A DNA stretch of 64,000 bases, taken from Callorhinchus milii. Its lineage: Eukaryota. The stretch covers positions 15,192,001 to 15,256,000 of the forward strand of contig NW_024704742.1 in NCBI RefSeq assembly GCF_018977255.1, in the 5' to 3' direction. The notes under the pieces are model-generated. The model was not told where the DNA came from. It saw only the letters and a program-made list of their open reading frames with translations, and searched no databases. Numbering within the stretch: position 1 is the stretch's first letter; the number at the start of each line of letters is the position of its first letter. The position numbers and the translations under genes were made by a program. Positions 39,405 to 52,425 of this stretch are shown one piece after another.

Positions 39405-39745
39405 ACAAGTATATAGCACGTTTCAATTCGGGAGGGCATCCCAAAGCACATTAATTGATTGCAAAAGTCTAAGTAAACTCTGGGAAATGATTGTAAAGTG
39501 TAGTAACTGTGTATTTTGTAGGCTAACATGACAGGCAGACAGACAATTTGCACAAAGTAATATACCAAATGAATCCATGAAGTGAATAACCAATTTTATC
39601 TGAGGGATTGTTGACCCAGACACTGAAAGAAACTCCTGTCTCTTTTCAAACAGTGCCATGAGATCTTTAACTTCCACCTCAATAGGCAGATGGGACCTCA
39701 GTTTAATGCTGAAGAGTGGCACCCCCAAAAATGCAACCCTCCTCC
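39405..39745 (-). mobile_element. Family B Deu-type SINE
   Basis: Reverse GTGCCATGAGATCTTT core and tail. Confidence 0.75.
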
Positions 39746-39752
39746 TGTGTTG

Positions 39753-39793
<41 letters not shown>
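39753..39793. repeat. (GT)n(TA)n microsatellite
   Basis: Directly visible. Confidence 0.95.
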
Positions 39794-39795
<2 letters not shown>

Positions 39796-42188
39796 ACCTT
39801 GGTTTTAAAAATTGTTGAAGTGACTTCAGTGTTCACAGATAGGTGACAAAATAAAACTCTTTTAATCAACTTCCATAAAAATGAGATTAAATCATGGATC
39901 ATACAATCAAGTCGAGAACAGTATTGAGTTCTGTTTCTTTGTGAGGCCGGTTGTCAGAGGCATCAACCTCCAAGTGGCATAATTGCATCTGATAGCTCCA
40001 GACAAAACCAGAGTATAGTATCACAGAGCGGGAAACAAATCGCATAAAAATGTGAACAAAATGTATCACATTGACGTGCCCACTGGGATCTTCTTCCGGA
40101 AGTGAAAGGATCTGTCAGGAAAGCTATTTGAAAATATAAATGTAAGCTGAACTTCGTAACGTAAACTTTTCTGCCGTGTACATGTAAACTTGTATGAGAT
40201 TACAGTGTTACAATACCTCTCATTTATGTCTAAGTGACCTCCAGAAAGGAAAGCTAAGAATGGGGGTGGAGGGAGACAGTTTAATTTTCTTAAAATATGT
40301 TGGCTATTTCCTCAAGAAACCTCATATGCAAATTGTCTTCTATTCAGACTTGAATGAGACGATCAGACTCACTTCTGCCAAGGTTCCAAATCTACCATAC
40401 AAAGAAGTCAATGAGGAGAGAGGGAGAGAAGTTTAATTTTTAAAATATATTCACATTGTCCAATTTATATTAACTCTAATAGGAAAAATCTTTTTGAACT
40501 GATATCTATATATACTGATATTGCCTTTTAGAAGACAGTTCAGATCCTAAAGTGGATCGTTTTTAACATTTCTAAGTAAAAGGAAATGTCATTGTCCTGA
40601 AAACAGCACTATATACAGTATTTCCATGACTGTAGGTAAGACATTTTGAAGATTTATAAGAACAACTTGGATTTATATTGCACTCTTCATGCAGGGTAGC
40701 TTCCTGAGCACTTCAATAGAAAGCAGTGGGCCATTCATGACTTCATGCACTCTGAAAGGGAATGTTAAACTGTAATATCTATTTCCTTTCCTTTCCCCCA
40801 TCCAACAATAGCAAGGTGTTGTTCTTGTTTCTTATCTGCCTCCTTTTTCTCACTTTTTGGGTTTACTGATTTTTTTTCTCTCTTCAAACATTACCTTTTG
40901 GGGAACATTTAAGTGAATCATTTTTGCCTTCTCAGATACTCTGAATGTTGCATGCCCCCACTTCTCTCACATTTGGTTCAAAGGATCAATTATTTATTTT
41001 CAACTATTGTATTATACCTTAATGCACGAGTCCACCATTTTCTTTTTGATTCAACATAATTTGAATCTATGAACCTATTAGAATATTAAACTCCAATCAC
41101 AGATACACTCTGACTTAGACAGTGAAGCTAAGATATTGTCTCTTGATTTGATACAGAACAAGTAAAATCTCTTGCTTTGATGGATATTTTTACTCAGCTA
41201 TCATCCTGTACAATTGGTGTTTGAGAATATAATTTCAATTTATATTCATTGCACCTTTCATGCCAAGAATCATAAAGTGCTTCACACAGCTAAATGAGAG
41301 CACAGGTGGGGGTGGTGGGGAGGGGAGTGGGATAAGAACTGAGGGGCAAAGAAAAGGTGGCCGAGCAAGTGGTTGAAAAAAGAGGTCTTAAGACATGGTT
41401 TTGAACGTGGGGAGCAAGGGGACAAGATGGAAGGAACTTCACGATGAGATCCAGAGAGCATGGGCAGGACAGCTGAAATTTTGCCTACCGATGGTGAGAC
41501 AGATTGGGTGGGGAATATAAAGCAGACCGATGTTTGCTGGAATATTGGACGACCTGAGACCTTGATATTTGTTTTCTGGTCAGCAGATTGCGTGACTTTA
41601 CTGATAACGTAGTAGAAAATAATCGTACCTCAACAGACTACATCTCTGGTACTTCTTGACCATTGTTGTACCAAAGAAAGTGCATTTCCTTTGCGAGTGG
41701 ACTTATTTTCGTCTGTTTATAATTACTCAAATCAAATTATAAATATTGCATTTTGAAACTTGTGTTGTAATGTGATCACCCTGATGGGGTGTACTGTATC
41801 ACCAGCCTAGACCAGTTTAATAAACCAACACATATATGTGGGCTGGAATTACAATTTACTTTTAAACAAAATTCTAGCTTTAGTTCTTAAATTTATTACC
41901 GCAGGTCAAAGAGGTTAGTTATTGTGAAGTTTTAGCCTTGACTCGATATTTTGATAGTAAGTTACACACAAATACTACAGATACAATTCTCCTTGTCAAA
42001 CCCAATGCAGAACAAAAAAAGGAAACAAATAGGATTAGAAGAAACAAACGATGAGAGAAGAAATGGAAAACCTGAAATATAACTGGAAAAGAATGAAACG
42101 TCAAGGAATTTCAACAATGGGAAATAGGAAAACAGATTGGAAAGAATTAAAGAAAAACAAGAATATAAGAAATAAAACAGGTGTCTAA

Positions 42189-42800
42189 GTCAGCCTGGCT
42201 TACTTTGTAGCACTCTTGCCTCTGAGTCAGGAGATTGTGGGTTCTGTCCCCACTTCAGGAATTTAAGATCATAGTCTAGGCCAGTGACCAACCTTTATGG
42301 TCGGCCAACAAAATACATTTTATTGATTAAATATTTCTTAATTCATGCCATAAATCAAGAAATATTCAGTCTAGAAAAAACTGAAAACACATTACAGATC
42401 AAACATATTTAACTAGACTTGTGCGAATGTTCGTGGGCTATTTCCTGATGGCCCTACAGGCCAATTCCGGCATATACAAATGTAATCTTGTTGGTGTTGT
42501 TCCACAGGTTGGCCATCACTGGTGTAGGCTTAGACTCCAGTGCAATACATTGTTGGAGGTGCCGTACTTTGGATGAGATGTTAAACCAAGGTCCTATCTG
42601 TCTGTTCAGGTGGGCTTTAAAGATCCCATGGTACTATTCGAAAAGAGAATGGTATTCCTTAGAATGTCCTAGTCAACACTCCTCCAGATGAATTGGTCAT
42701 TACTTCATATGTGTGGGATGTTGCTGGGTGCAAACTGACTGTCATATTCACCTACAAATACACAGTCATTACACGAAGAGGAAAATCTCTGAACACAAGA
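42189..42800 (+). mobile_element. Family B Deu-type SINE interrupted by a hAT MITE
   Basis: Head at 42189-42281; core resumes at 42522. Confidence 0.8.
42282..42521. mobile_element. Non-autonomous hAT (Charlie-type) DNA transposon, ~240 bp
   Basis: Termini CAGTGA(tgg deleted)CCAACCT and AGGTTGGCCATCACTG are inverted repeats; 8-bp TSD GTCTAGGC (42274-42281) / GTGTAGGC (42522-42529). Confidence 0.82.
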
Positions 42801-43974
42801 AGTAACACAGGTATCAGTCTGGCTCACTTAGTAGCACTCTAGCCTCTGAGTCAAAGGTTGTGAGTTCAGTTTGCCCATAAATACAGTCAATACATTTCAG
42901 AGTAAAATCCTGTGAAGTGCTTTGAGACATCTCAGCGATGTGGTAAGGAGCTATATCAAATGCAAGAAATTATTATTAATAATTATAAGTCAGGTAAACG
43001 GGATTGAATGCATTGCTCTTTCAAAGAATCAGCACAGATATAAAGGACTGAATGGCTTTCTCTGTGCTTAAAGATCAAGAAAAGAAACAAGAAAAATGTA
43101 CAAAAGAAAAAATACTAACAGCAGAAAATTATAGAAGAATCAAGAGAAAAATTGTGTTTTTTAAAAATATATATGAATAGAATAAAATAAGTGATGAAGA
43201 AATCAAGAGCATATTATTAAAGCAAAACAGAACTGACTTCAAAACACAACAAAAGGGTTAAATATTGCAAATTGGACTTATTTGATAGAAAAAGAAACAG
43301 CCAGCCCACAGAAACAAAGGATGATGCACATTCGCTGCAGGTTGTGTTGATTGATTCACTAGGATTGTTTTCTTGATTGGAAATGAGAATCAATCATAGT
43401 CTGAATGAAATAATTGTGGTTTTATTATTACTGACCCTTTTCTGTACTTTGTTTTTAAACTATTGGGAATTTTGTGTCATGTTTCCTCTGTTTGAGATTA
43501 CATCAATGATGTTCTAATGCATTTAAAACAGTGGGCAGTCACAGCTGAATTATAGACTTGGATGTGGTCCCGAGTTGTTTGGAGCCATGAGTGCACAAAC
43601 AGTACAGACATCAAACTATCAAGATAATCCATACACATCTGTAATTCATCTTGTGACCATCTGCTTTTTGCCATTTTATATGTAATTTATTATTGTACAT
43701 GATCTTTTTTCTGTTGTTTGCATTCATTAAAATCTGGCTGCAAGTGTTTTGGGTGAGTGCACAGGTGAGGATTTGTTAAGTAAAGAATAATGAGCAAATT
43801 ATGTTTTGGAATAGACAACAGAAATGGAAGCTTTAGGAACATAACAATTTAAAGAGCTGATTTTAAGCAAGGACAAAGAAGAATAAATTATCTCGGATAT
43901 ATTAAAATGCCATAATTTGTGTTTGCATTTCTAAAAATGTTCCTATTCCTATCAGATTATTTTATTGAAGTCCT

Positions 43975-44293
43975 GTGGGATCCTGTAGCTCAGTGGTTAG
44001 AGCACTCGCCTCACAAGCGAGAGGCCTGGGTTCGGTTCCCGGCAGGGTGAAACCTTGGGCAAGTTTCCTTATTCCACACATCTGATAATAGTCCCTCAAG
44101 AAACAAAAATAATAGTAAATTGGTCAATTCAATCCACGACTGTTTGTGGGAGATTGCTGTGTACAATTGGCTGCCGTGATTTGCCCACAAATATACAGTC
44201 AATTCACATTACAGTATATTCTGTGAAGCGCTTTGAGACGTCTCGAAGACGTGAAAAGCGCTATATCAAATGCAAGGATTATTATTATTATTA
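43975..44293 (+). mobile_element. Family A SINE, full length
   Basis: Same head, body and tail as 22561. Confidence 0.9.
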
Positions 44294-44824
44294 CCAAGAG
44301 TACTTTCATCATAATTCCTACATATGCCTCTATTCTGTTACAACACCAAACACAGTGCACTGCTTGTATCTTCAAGCAAGTGATTGCATCCACAAAGGGA
44401 AGTCCTTCCAATATGGATGCATTGAGACAGCAGAACAAAAGTACACACATTTAGGGCTGCAATTTCAGGGCAGACATGAGTAAGTATTTCTTTACCTAAA
44501 GGATCATTAATGTCTAGAACAGATTACCGGGAAGGGTGGCTGAGGCCAAAATGCTGGATTCATGTAAGAAACAACTTGATGTTGTAATAGGCGGTCGATA
44601 CGCTGGGGATTCTGATGTAATGAGGTCAAATGGACTGAAAGGCCTTTCTCACCTGAACCTCTCTTATGCTCCCTAGTGGCAGCCAGAACACCAACAACAA
44701 CAACTTGTTCTGAGGCCCTCATGGTCCTAGCCTTGAAACTGCAGAAAATTAAATTTCAAATTAAGACTGAGAACTTTTCATAATTCTGCAAAGTCTTACA
44801 TTTTCAGGCTAAGTCCATAAGAAA

Positions 44825-45285
44825 TTTCAAACCTCTTGGGCTGTAGATCTCACTTTCCAAAAGAAATTGGATTAAGATCACCCAAATATATTTTTGTTTG
44901 GATACTCAGCAACAGTTAAATCCTGTAATGTCCCTCTCACAATCTGGACTTAATTAAATGCAGATCCAAAAGATAAAAGGATTACTTTCTAACCCACTTT
45001 GGTACCAGTCTCCAATTTGTTACACCACTCTATACTGATCAGTTTATCATTAATTTATGAACTAAATTACTGCGGCTCACTGACAGGATGGTGCAAGAAT
45101 TTTGCCAGGATATAAAGTGCCACACAAAACACACAAGAGATTCCTTGGCGGATTACTGATGCATTCATGATCTGGGCTTCTGCTTTTATAATCACATGGT
45201 GCCATTCAGAGAAGATCTGAAGCTGCAATGCTTCCTTTCATCAAAGCCTTGATCTTTGATGCATCTAAAACACCCCTTCCTTGAG
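44825..45285. repeat. Unclassified ~400 bp dispersed element, copy 2 (PRDM5 intron)
   Basis: Colinear with 23540-23976. Confidence 0.85.
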
Positions 45286-45349
45286 CTCCTTAATTTGCGA
45301 TCTTGATAGTGAGCTAAAGAAGAATTGGATACCATTTTTTGCAGAGAAC

Positions 45350-45640
45350 AGAACCTTATGTTTATATTTTGTAAATGTTGAGAAATGGTCCTAAAGCTAA
45401 AAACCTCAATAACATCTCTTAATAAAAAGGGCAAGCAAAGTCCCACTTGGAACTGTGGTTGAGACAGAATCTATATTAGCTTCCAAGAGGGAAATAGGTC
45501 AATTTCTGGAAAGGAGAAATGTAAAACATATGGAGGAAAGGGAGGAGAATTGGACTAAGTCAGTACCTCTTTCAAAAAGCCAGCAGAGGCATGACTGTCC
45601 AAATAGCCTCTGTCTATGCTGCAAATTTTTATGCCTCCTA
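45350..45640 (+). mobile_element. CR1 3' end fragment
   Basis: TTCCAAGAGGGAAATAGGTCAATTTCTGG and the same 3' UTR motif as other CR1 copies. Confidence 0.6.
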
Positions 45641-47945
45641 CTATAAGGTGGGTTACAACTGTGGCAACTAGTGACTATAATGGAGCTAGAGAGAGAGCAA
45701 AACATGGATTTGTTGATTGTGGAGGTTTGAAGCTAATCCCTGACAAATCAAGTGGAAAAAATGGGATTATCTGAAACCTGATGGCATAGCAGTTTAACAG
45801 CAACTTTGTGAGTTGCCCAGTGAGTGGGAGTCCATTGCTCTAACTTGGCCTCAGATTATGAGCCTGCTGAAACTGAGAGCTAAAATAACTGCTCATTCAC
45901 AGCCCTCCCTCCCCCAGTAACAGTAACAGTAGAACCCAATACAGCAGGATCCTTGATACTGACACACTACCGGTTAGGACCTCAAATATTATCAAAGGAT
46001 GTACCTGATAGTGCAAGGCTCAACCTTTATAGTGTAACAAAAATTGGGCTCTGGCTGAGATTAGGAAGATCAGTAATAAAAGTAAATAAAGGCCTGCAGA
46101 GGACAAAAGGAACATTTGTTTGCAGAAGCAGCCCCCTGTAGTTGTCATGTAACTGTTCTGATCGGTGTGGCTAGTGGTCAATTCTCTCCACAAACAGTCT
46201 TGTTAAACTCTCCAGCTGTGCCAACACTAGTCACAGACCCTGCGTTGTCAAAATGCAACGCCTGATACTTTTTTCATCTCTTACTGCAATCCTTGCTTTA
46301 CTCCCTGACAAAAAACACAAAAATCTGGATGTATTAATTCTAAGGTCAAGAAGTCACCTTTTTGCCTTTGCAAAAAAAATTGCATGGAAAATCGCAGTAA
46401 CTGTTGAACAAGACTCTCTGTCATGTATTGTGCTTTTGTTTTAACAGTTAATATTCTCAGCCTTGCAGGAAGCAGGGACTCATAAAATGGCAGTGGCACA
46501 CTAGTGTTGCTTTCAAACATGCCTACAAGAAGAATGTAACAACTCTCGCAGAGGAGAGGGACCACATCACGCAGAACACAGCTGGCAAAAGTTAATGGGG
46601 GTCAGATTTCATAGCAACCAGTGAATAAGCTTTAAAAGGCTTGAACAAAATGCCAACAGAATGTAATCTGATTTCTTTTATTGTTTCTCTTGTAAACCAC
46701 ACACTAATGTCCATTTCTTGCTCTGGCCTCCTTTGTTGCAGTGAAAGACTTAGCTATACGACTATGGATATTTGTATTATGATTTTGAGAAAGGTTTACA
46801 GTAATCGGTGGATGCTAGTGAATTTCTTTCTCTGTGTCTTGAAGTTCAGCCTTAAGCTGCAAGATCATCCAAGCTGAGGCAAAGGTATGACCCCTAATAC
46901 TACAAATACAAATCATTTATCTTGTGCCGTCCTGCCTTGCTAAGAGGATGAGTTTGTTGAAAAATTGTTATAAAAATGTGCAGCTATGCTCACAGCCAGG
47001 GAAGTTTTATAAAAATCAAAAATTGATAAAATTCTCAAATAATAATTATAATATTATAATCTTTGCATTTAATGTAGAGCCTATCACGTTGTTGTGATGT
47101 CTCAAAGAACTTCACAGGATTTACTGTAAAGTGTTGTGACTCTGTATTCTGTAAGGTGGCAGACAATTTGCGTACAGCAATGTTCCACAAACAGCCATGA
47201 AGTGAACCATGTTGCACCAATAAATACATCAGACTTGCGCGAAACATAACATTTGATATAATTAATGTCTGTGAAAATGCAAGGAGATTAACAATGAGAA
47301 ATGTACTTGATGGAATGCATGAGACTGGGAGATGCAGTGAATTAGGACATTGTCCTTTCACTTCAAGGAAACAAACCTTGGCTGATAAGACGTGAAGTTT
47401 CTTTTTCTGTTAGTACTGCATACCAGCAGCTTCAGTAATTCTTGTAATGATATTGATTATTGTGGCAGGAGATTAACATTCACAGCGTCTATTAAGCTGT
47501 TTACATAGTGTGTCCCTCAGATGAAACATTAAGTTGTTTTTCCATTCATGCCAGAAAGAACCCACAATCAGTTATGAGGTAGACAACCACTTTGGAAAGG
47601 CCAGAGAGAGAAACGTCTTTCTCTTTACATATAGTATTATAGATCTTCAACGTCCACCCTAACAGGCAGATGGGATCTTGTTTTAACGTCACATCCGAAA
47701 CACCGCACCTTCAACTACGCAGCACTTTTCCCCAGTGCTGTACTGGGCTAAATTATCAGCCCTAAAGAATAAGTTCACAACTGATTGACTCACGATTTTC
47801 AGAGGCAAAAGTGTTACCACCTGCCTAAATTACATAGAATTACAGTAATAGAACTTTACAGGACAGAAACAAGTAATTCGGCCCAACTAATCCATGCCAG
47901 CATTCATACTCCACATGAGCCTCTACCCCTTCTAATCTTCCATTC

Positions 47946-48269
47946 GGAGTCCTGTAGCTCAGTGGTTAGTGCACTCGCTTTGCAAGCGAGAGACCTGAGT
48001 TCAATTCCAGGCCGGGCGAAACCTTGGGCAAGTTTCCTTACTCCACACACCTAATAATAATCCCTCCAAAACCAGAAACAATAATAAATTGGTCATTTTC
48101 AATTCTACGACTGTTTGTGGGCCATTGCTGTGCGCAATTGGCTGCCGCGTTCGCCCACAAATATACAGTCAATTCACTTTACAGTGTGTTCTGTGAAGTG
48201 CTTTGGGATGTCCTCCCGACGTGAAAAGCACTATATCAAATGCAAGGATTATTATTATTATTATTATTA
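47946..48269 (+). mobile_element. Family A SINE, full length
   Basis: tRNA-Ala-like head (CTCGCTTTGCAAGCGAG anticodon arm); very similar to the 50397 copy. Confidence 0.9.
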
Positions 48270-48280
48270 CTATACTCCTA

Positions 48281-48939
48281 TAGTACTGAGATGCGTTGCC
48301 CACTGGGAACGTTGTAGGGAGTTCCACCTAGTTAGGGCTCAAATCTGCACTTGTCGGATGTCGAACAACCAACTAGTGACTATCCTCCTTGGCAAGAGGT
48401 AAGTGGGGTCTCCTTGGAGCTGAATTGGCTCCTAGGTGACATGCCAGGTAACAGAATATCGAAATCGAGCCAGCACTTTATGACAATCTCGATAGTTCGG
48501 TTCCTGAACCAGGCAGGTCCGAGTATTCCAGGGCAGGAAGGGCAGACCACCAGTCACTGGGGGCAAGGAGTCATCCCACTCAGCTACGGTTAACCCTGCA
48601 AGCCAAAGGTCTAACGAGTCCTAGCTGGACAAGCAGCGGGAAAACTTGTCTGACAGCATCATTAATGGCAAGCTATATGGTTTGAGCTGTTAAGATTCCA
48701 GCAATACCCCAATGCACGCTCTGGAAACCCCAAGCCTTGCCAACCTGCGCCAAAAACTTTCTGGAATTAGGTAAGAAGGATGCTTCCCTCCAGGGAGTGG
48801 GAGCACATCCCATTTTAACAATCTATTTCTTGGATTTCCACGTGCAGGTGGGATGCATGGAAATCTCAGATCGGTTTAGAGATTCTTAAGCACAGTGATG
48901 TGTTTCTGCATGAGTCAGACACCCAGCTGACAAAAAAAA
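48281..48939 (+). mobile_element. Family X copy 3 (longest; 5' boundary uncertain)
   Basis: Homology to copy 4 from ~48395 and to copies 1-2 further 3'; ends GTCAGACACCCAGCTGAC plus A-tract. Confidence 0.78.
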
Positions 48940-49734
48940 TTCCCTTCCAATGGTAGTATCACTGGCAATGAAGGAACGGACGATACGACAAGATCATAGG
49001 GCACAAGTAGAGAGAATACAAACAAATACAAAACTGGGATGTAAAATAACCAAACTGAAACATGTTCCAATAGCAAAATACAAGCGATGAACCAAAATAT
49101 AATGGCAGTTCAGTACATTATGTAGGGACATCTTGCATTGTTTGTTACCTCCACTGATGAACGAACTATACAAGGACCCAGCAAACAAGAAACAATGCAA
49201 TAGTTGAAGCAAGTCTTGCTGTAGATATTGATAAAGAGACGACAACAGAGGGAAACCAAGAAATCTCAGCTTTGATGTTCAGCAAGTGCAGTGATTTGTT
49301 TCAAGGACTTAGTTGTTTGTCCAGAGAACATAACATGAAAAGGGCAGACAACACACAAGACAGTAACTGAACATTCTAGAAAGGTAACATCTGCCCTGAA
49401 AGATAAATACTGAATAAACCTGAAGTGCACAGAATCATTCATTGTGATTTCAAAATTTGGTGAATGTTCTGTCTCATTCTTGATGAAGTGTCGTGTCTGA
49501 AACAAAAATCTATTTTTCTTTCAATGGCTGAATGGCCCACTTTTGACATCCAGCAATTTCTCCCTTTATTTCATCTTTCCAACATTTCTCTTGTTTCCTA
49601 TTACTGCCTCAATGTCCTTTAGATGAGCATTACAAAGTAACCTTAAAAATAACATAACTAGAGGTCAGTGAAAATATACTTTTCACTGAATAAAAATGTT
49701 TGTTATGTGGAGTAGAGTCCTCATAGGTTTGCTT

Positions 49735-49960
49735 GACACCAAGCCAGGGAGAGAAGGAAAGTCATGCAGGCATGGTCGAATAGGAAGATCTTCAGGTGTG
49801 ATTTGAAGATGGGCAAGGAGGGGCAAGACAGAGGGAGTGAGGCAGAAAGTTCCAGAGTCTCGAGGTGTAGTGGCTGAAAATACAGCCGCAGATAGTGGAG
49901 CAGAGGGGACAAGGGATGTGCAGGAGGCCGTAACCAGCTAAGCCAAGGGGGTAGGTAGAG
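49735..49960 (-). mobile_element. L2 3' fragment, diverged
   Basis: FKSHLKIFLFDHA and RLWN remnants on minus. Confidence 0.7.
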
Positions 49961-50069
49961 AGTGGAGTGAAATTATTTATCAAAACAAATCCCCAGTGCA
50001 TAACCATGTAAGAAACTTCAGACAGAATTTTTCAAAAGTCACAAAAACCCATTTTACATTATGCACGGA

Positions 50070-51980
50070 TTAATGTATCCTTATCCACTGGCACTGTACC
50101 CATCCCCCTAAAATCAGCTGTCTTCATTCCCATCCTCAAAAAACCTTCCCTGGACCTATCCCTATTCTCCAATTATTGCCCTATCTCCAATCTCCACACG
50201 CCTAATAATAATCCCTCCAAAAAGCAAAACAATAATAAAAAAAAATTGGTCATTTTCAATCCATGACTGTTTGTGGGACATTGCTGTGCGCACCCACAAA
50301 TATACAGTCAATTCACTTTACAGTATATTCTGTGAAGCGTTTTGGGACGTCTAGATGACGTGAAAAGCGCTATATCAAATGCAAGGATTATTATTTGTGG
50401 AGTCCTGTAGCTCAGTGGTTAGAGCACTCGCTTTGCAAGCGAGAGACCTGAGTTCAATTCCAGGGAGGGCGAAACCTTGGGCAAGTTTCCTTACTCCACA
50501 CGCCTAATAATAATCCCTCCAAAACCAAAAACAATAATAAATTGGTCATTTTCAATCTACGACTGTTTGTGGGACATTGCTGTGCGCAATTGGCTGCCGC
50601 GTTCGCCCACAAATATACAGTCAATTCACTTTACAGTGTCTTCTGTGAAGCGCTTTGGGACGTCCTCCCGACGTGAAAAGCGCTATATCAAATGCAAGGA
50701 TTATTATTATTATTATCTCCTATTCCTTTTCAAGGCCTTGGAATGAGTCATCGCGTCCCTCTGCTGCCTTCGACATTGTCGACCATTCCAACCTCCTACA
50801 CCTCCTCTCCTCTCAGCTCAATCTTCGTGGCCCTGCCCTTGCCTGGTTTGAATCCTACCTCTCCCACCATCTCCACTTTGTCGTCACTAAGGGTTTCTTC
50901 TCCAGCCCCCACACCATCCGTGTGGCGTCCCTCAGGGACCTCTCCTTTTCAATATGTATATGCTCCCTCTTGGTGATATCATCCGCAGACATGGGGTCAA
51001 CTTCTGCATGTATGTCAATGACACCCAACTCTATCTCTCTGCCTCCAACCTCGATTCCAGGACCACTGCTGTCCTCACAGAATGCCTGTTGGACATCAAG
51101 TCCTGGATGAGAGCTACCTTCCTGCAGTTGAATATCAACAAGACCTCCTGCTTGGCTCCTGTCAACGCCTCCATACCTCAAGCGCTGACAGCATCTCCTA
51201 CCATAGATGCACTCTACATTTCACAGAACCAATACGGAACCTCAGTGTCATGTTTGACCCTCAACTGTCCTTCATACCCAACATCCGTACCATGACCTGC
51301 TCCGCCTTCCCCCACCTCCGCAACATTGCTCAGCTCTGCCACTGCCTCACACAGCAGGCCGCTGAGACCCTTGTACACACATTCATAACATTCAGGCTGG
51401 ACTATGCAAACTCCTTGCTTGTCACCTCCCCAACTCCTCCTTCCATAGGCTGCAGATCATCCAGAACTCTGCAGCCCGTGTCCACTCCTGCACCAGGCTC
51501 CGCTATCACCCCCATCCTCGCCCAACTTCACTGGGTTCCCATCACACTGAGGATACAGTTCAAGATCCTGGTCCTCACTTTCAAAGCCCTCTATCGTCTT
51601 CCTCCATCTTACCTCTGTGATCTTATAACACCCTACCAACCTGCCAACTCCATCTGCTCAGTGGGCTCCAGCCTGCTTCACGTCTCCCGCCTTAAACTCC
51701 CCACCATTGGCGGGCGGGCCTTCAGCCTCTCTGCCCCCACCCTCTGGAATTCCATCCCTCAGACACTCCACCTCACCTCATCCCTTGCCTCCTTCAAGAC
51801 CTATCTCAAGACCCTCCTCTTCAACTCTTCAACCGTGCCTTCAGTCACCCTCCTTCCCCCCCTGCCCTCCACCCTCCCCGATCCCAAATCCCAGCTCAGG
51901 TCTGAAACATTAATTGTCCAATGCCTTGGGTCATCCTCCCAATGTGAAAGGTGCTATAGAAATGTAATTTTGTTGTTGTA
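50070..51980 (+). mobile_element. L2, 5'-truncated, interrupted by two SINEs at 50196-50714
   Basis: ILKKPSLD...PISNL before the SINEs resumes as ...FKALE after them. RT remnant YVNDTQLY, long C-terminal ORF 51082..51981 and (TTG)n tail. Confidence 0.9.
50192..50716 (+). mobile_element. Tandem family A SINEs (headless 50192-50395 plus full 50397-50716)
   Basis: Two consecutive bodies and tails; ATCTCC duplicated at 50190-50195 and 50715-50720. Confidence 0.9.
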
Positions 51981-52425
51981 GTGTAGCGCTTCTGCAATTT
52001 TTGGCAACTATTTCCACAATTTTCTATTAGCCCTGGTTATGGGTTCCCATCATTTTGTAAATAATAAGTAAATATGATTTATTGATGGTTTAAATAATAA
52101 CCAATCTTTTTCATTGGCAGTTACATAACAATAGTTCCCTCTTTGCACATGCTTTACAAAGGGCAGTGGCACAAACATGTCACCTTTAACCCTAAATCTG
52201 TGTAAACCACAGTGGCCATGTTAAAGGGTTTCTAAAACCTTGGAGCTCTTTTTACTGAGTCAGGTGTGTAAAGCAGGCAGAGGGTTTTGAAATAGCTCAA
52301 ATTTTAAGACTGAACGATGAATTGTCATCTTTCCGAAATATGCATAAGTGGTTTAATTAGTTCCGAATAATAATAATATGAACTCGTGCAAAGCATATTG
52401 CTCAACTGGTCAATGAGCTACTTAA

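Noticed and set aside
47946..48020. tRNA-Ala-like gene (also at 22561, 43975 and 50397)
   Set aside because: These are SINE heads: each continues into the same SINE body and L2-type tail.
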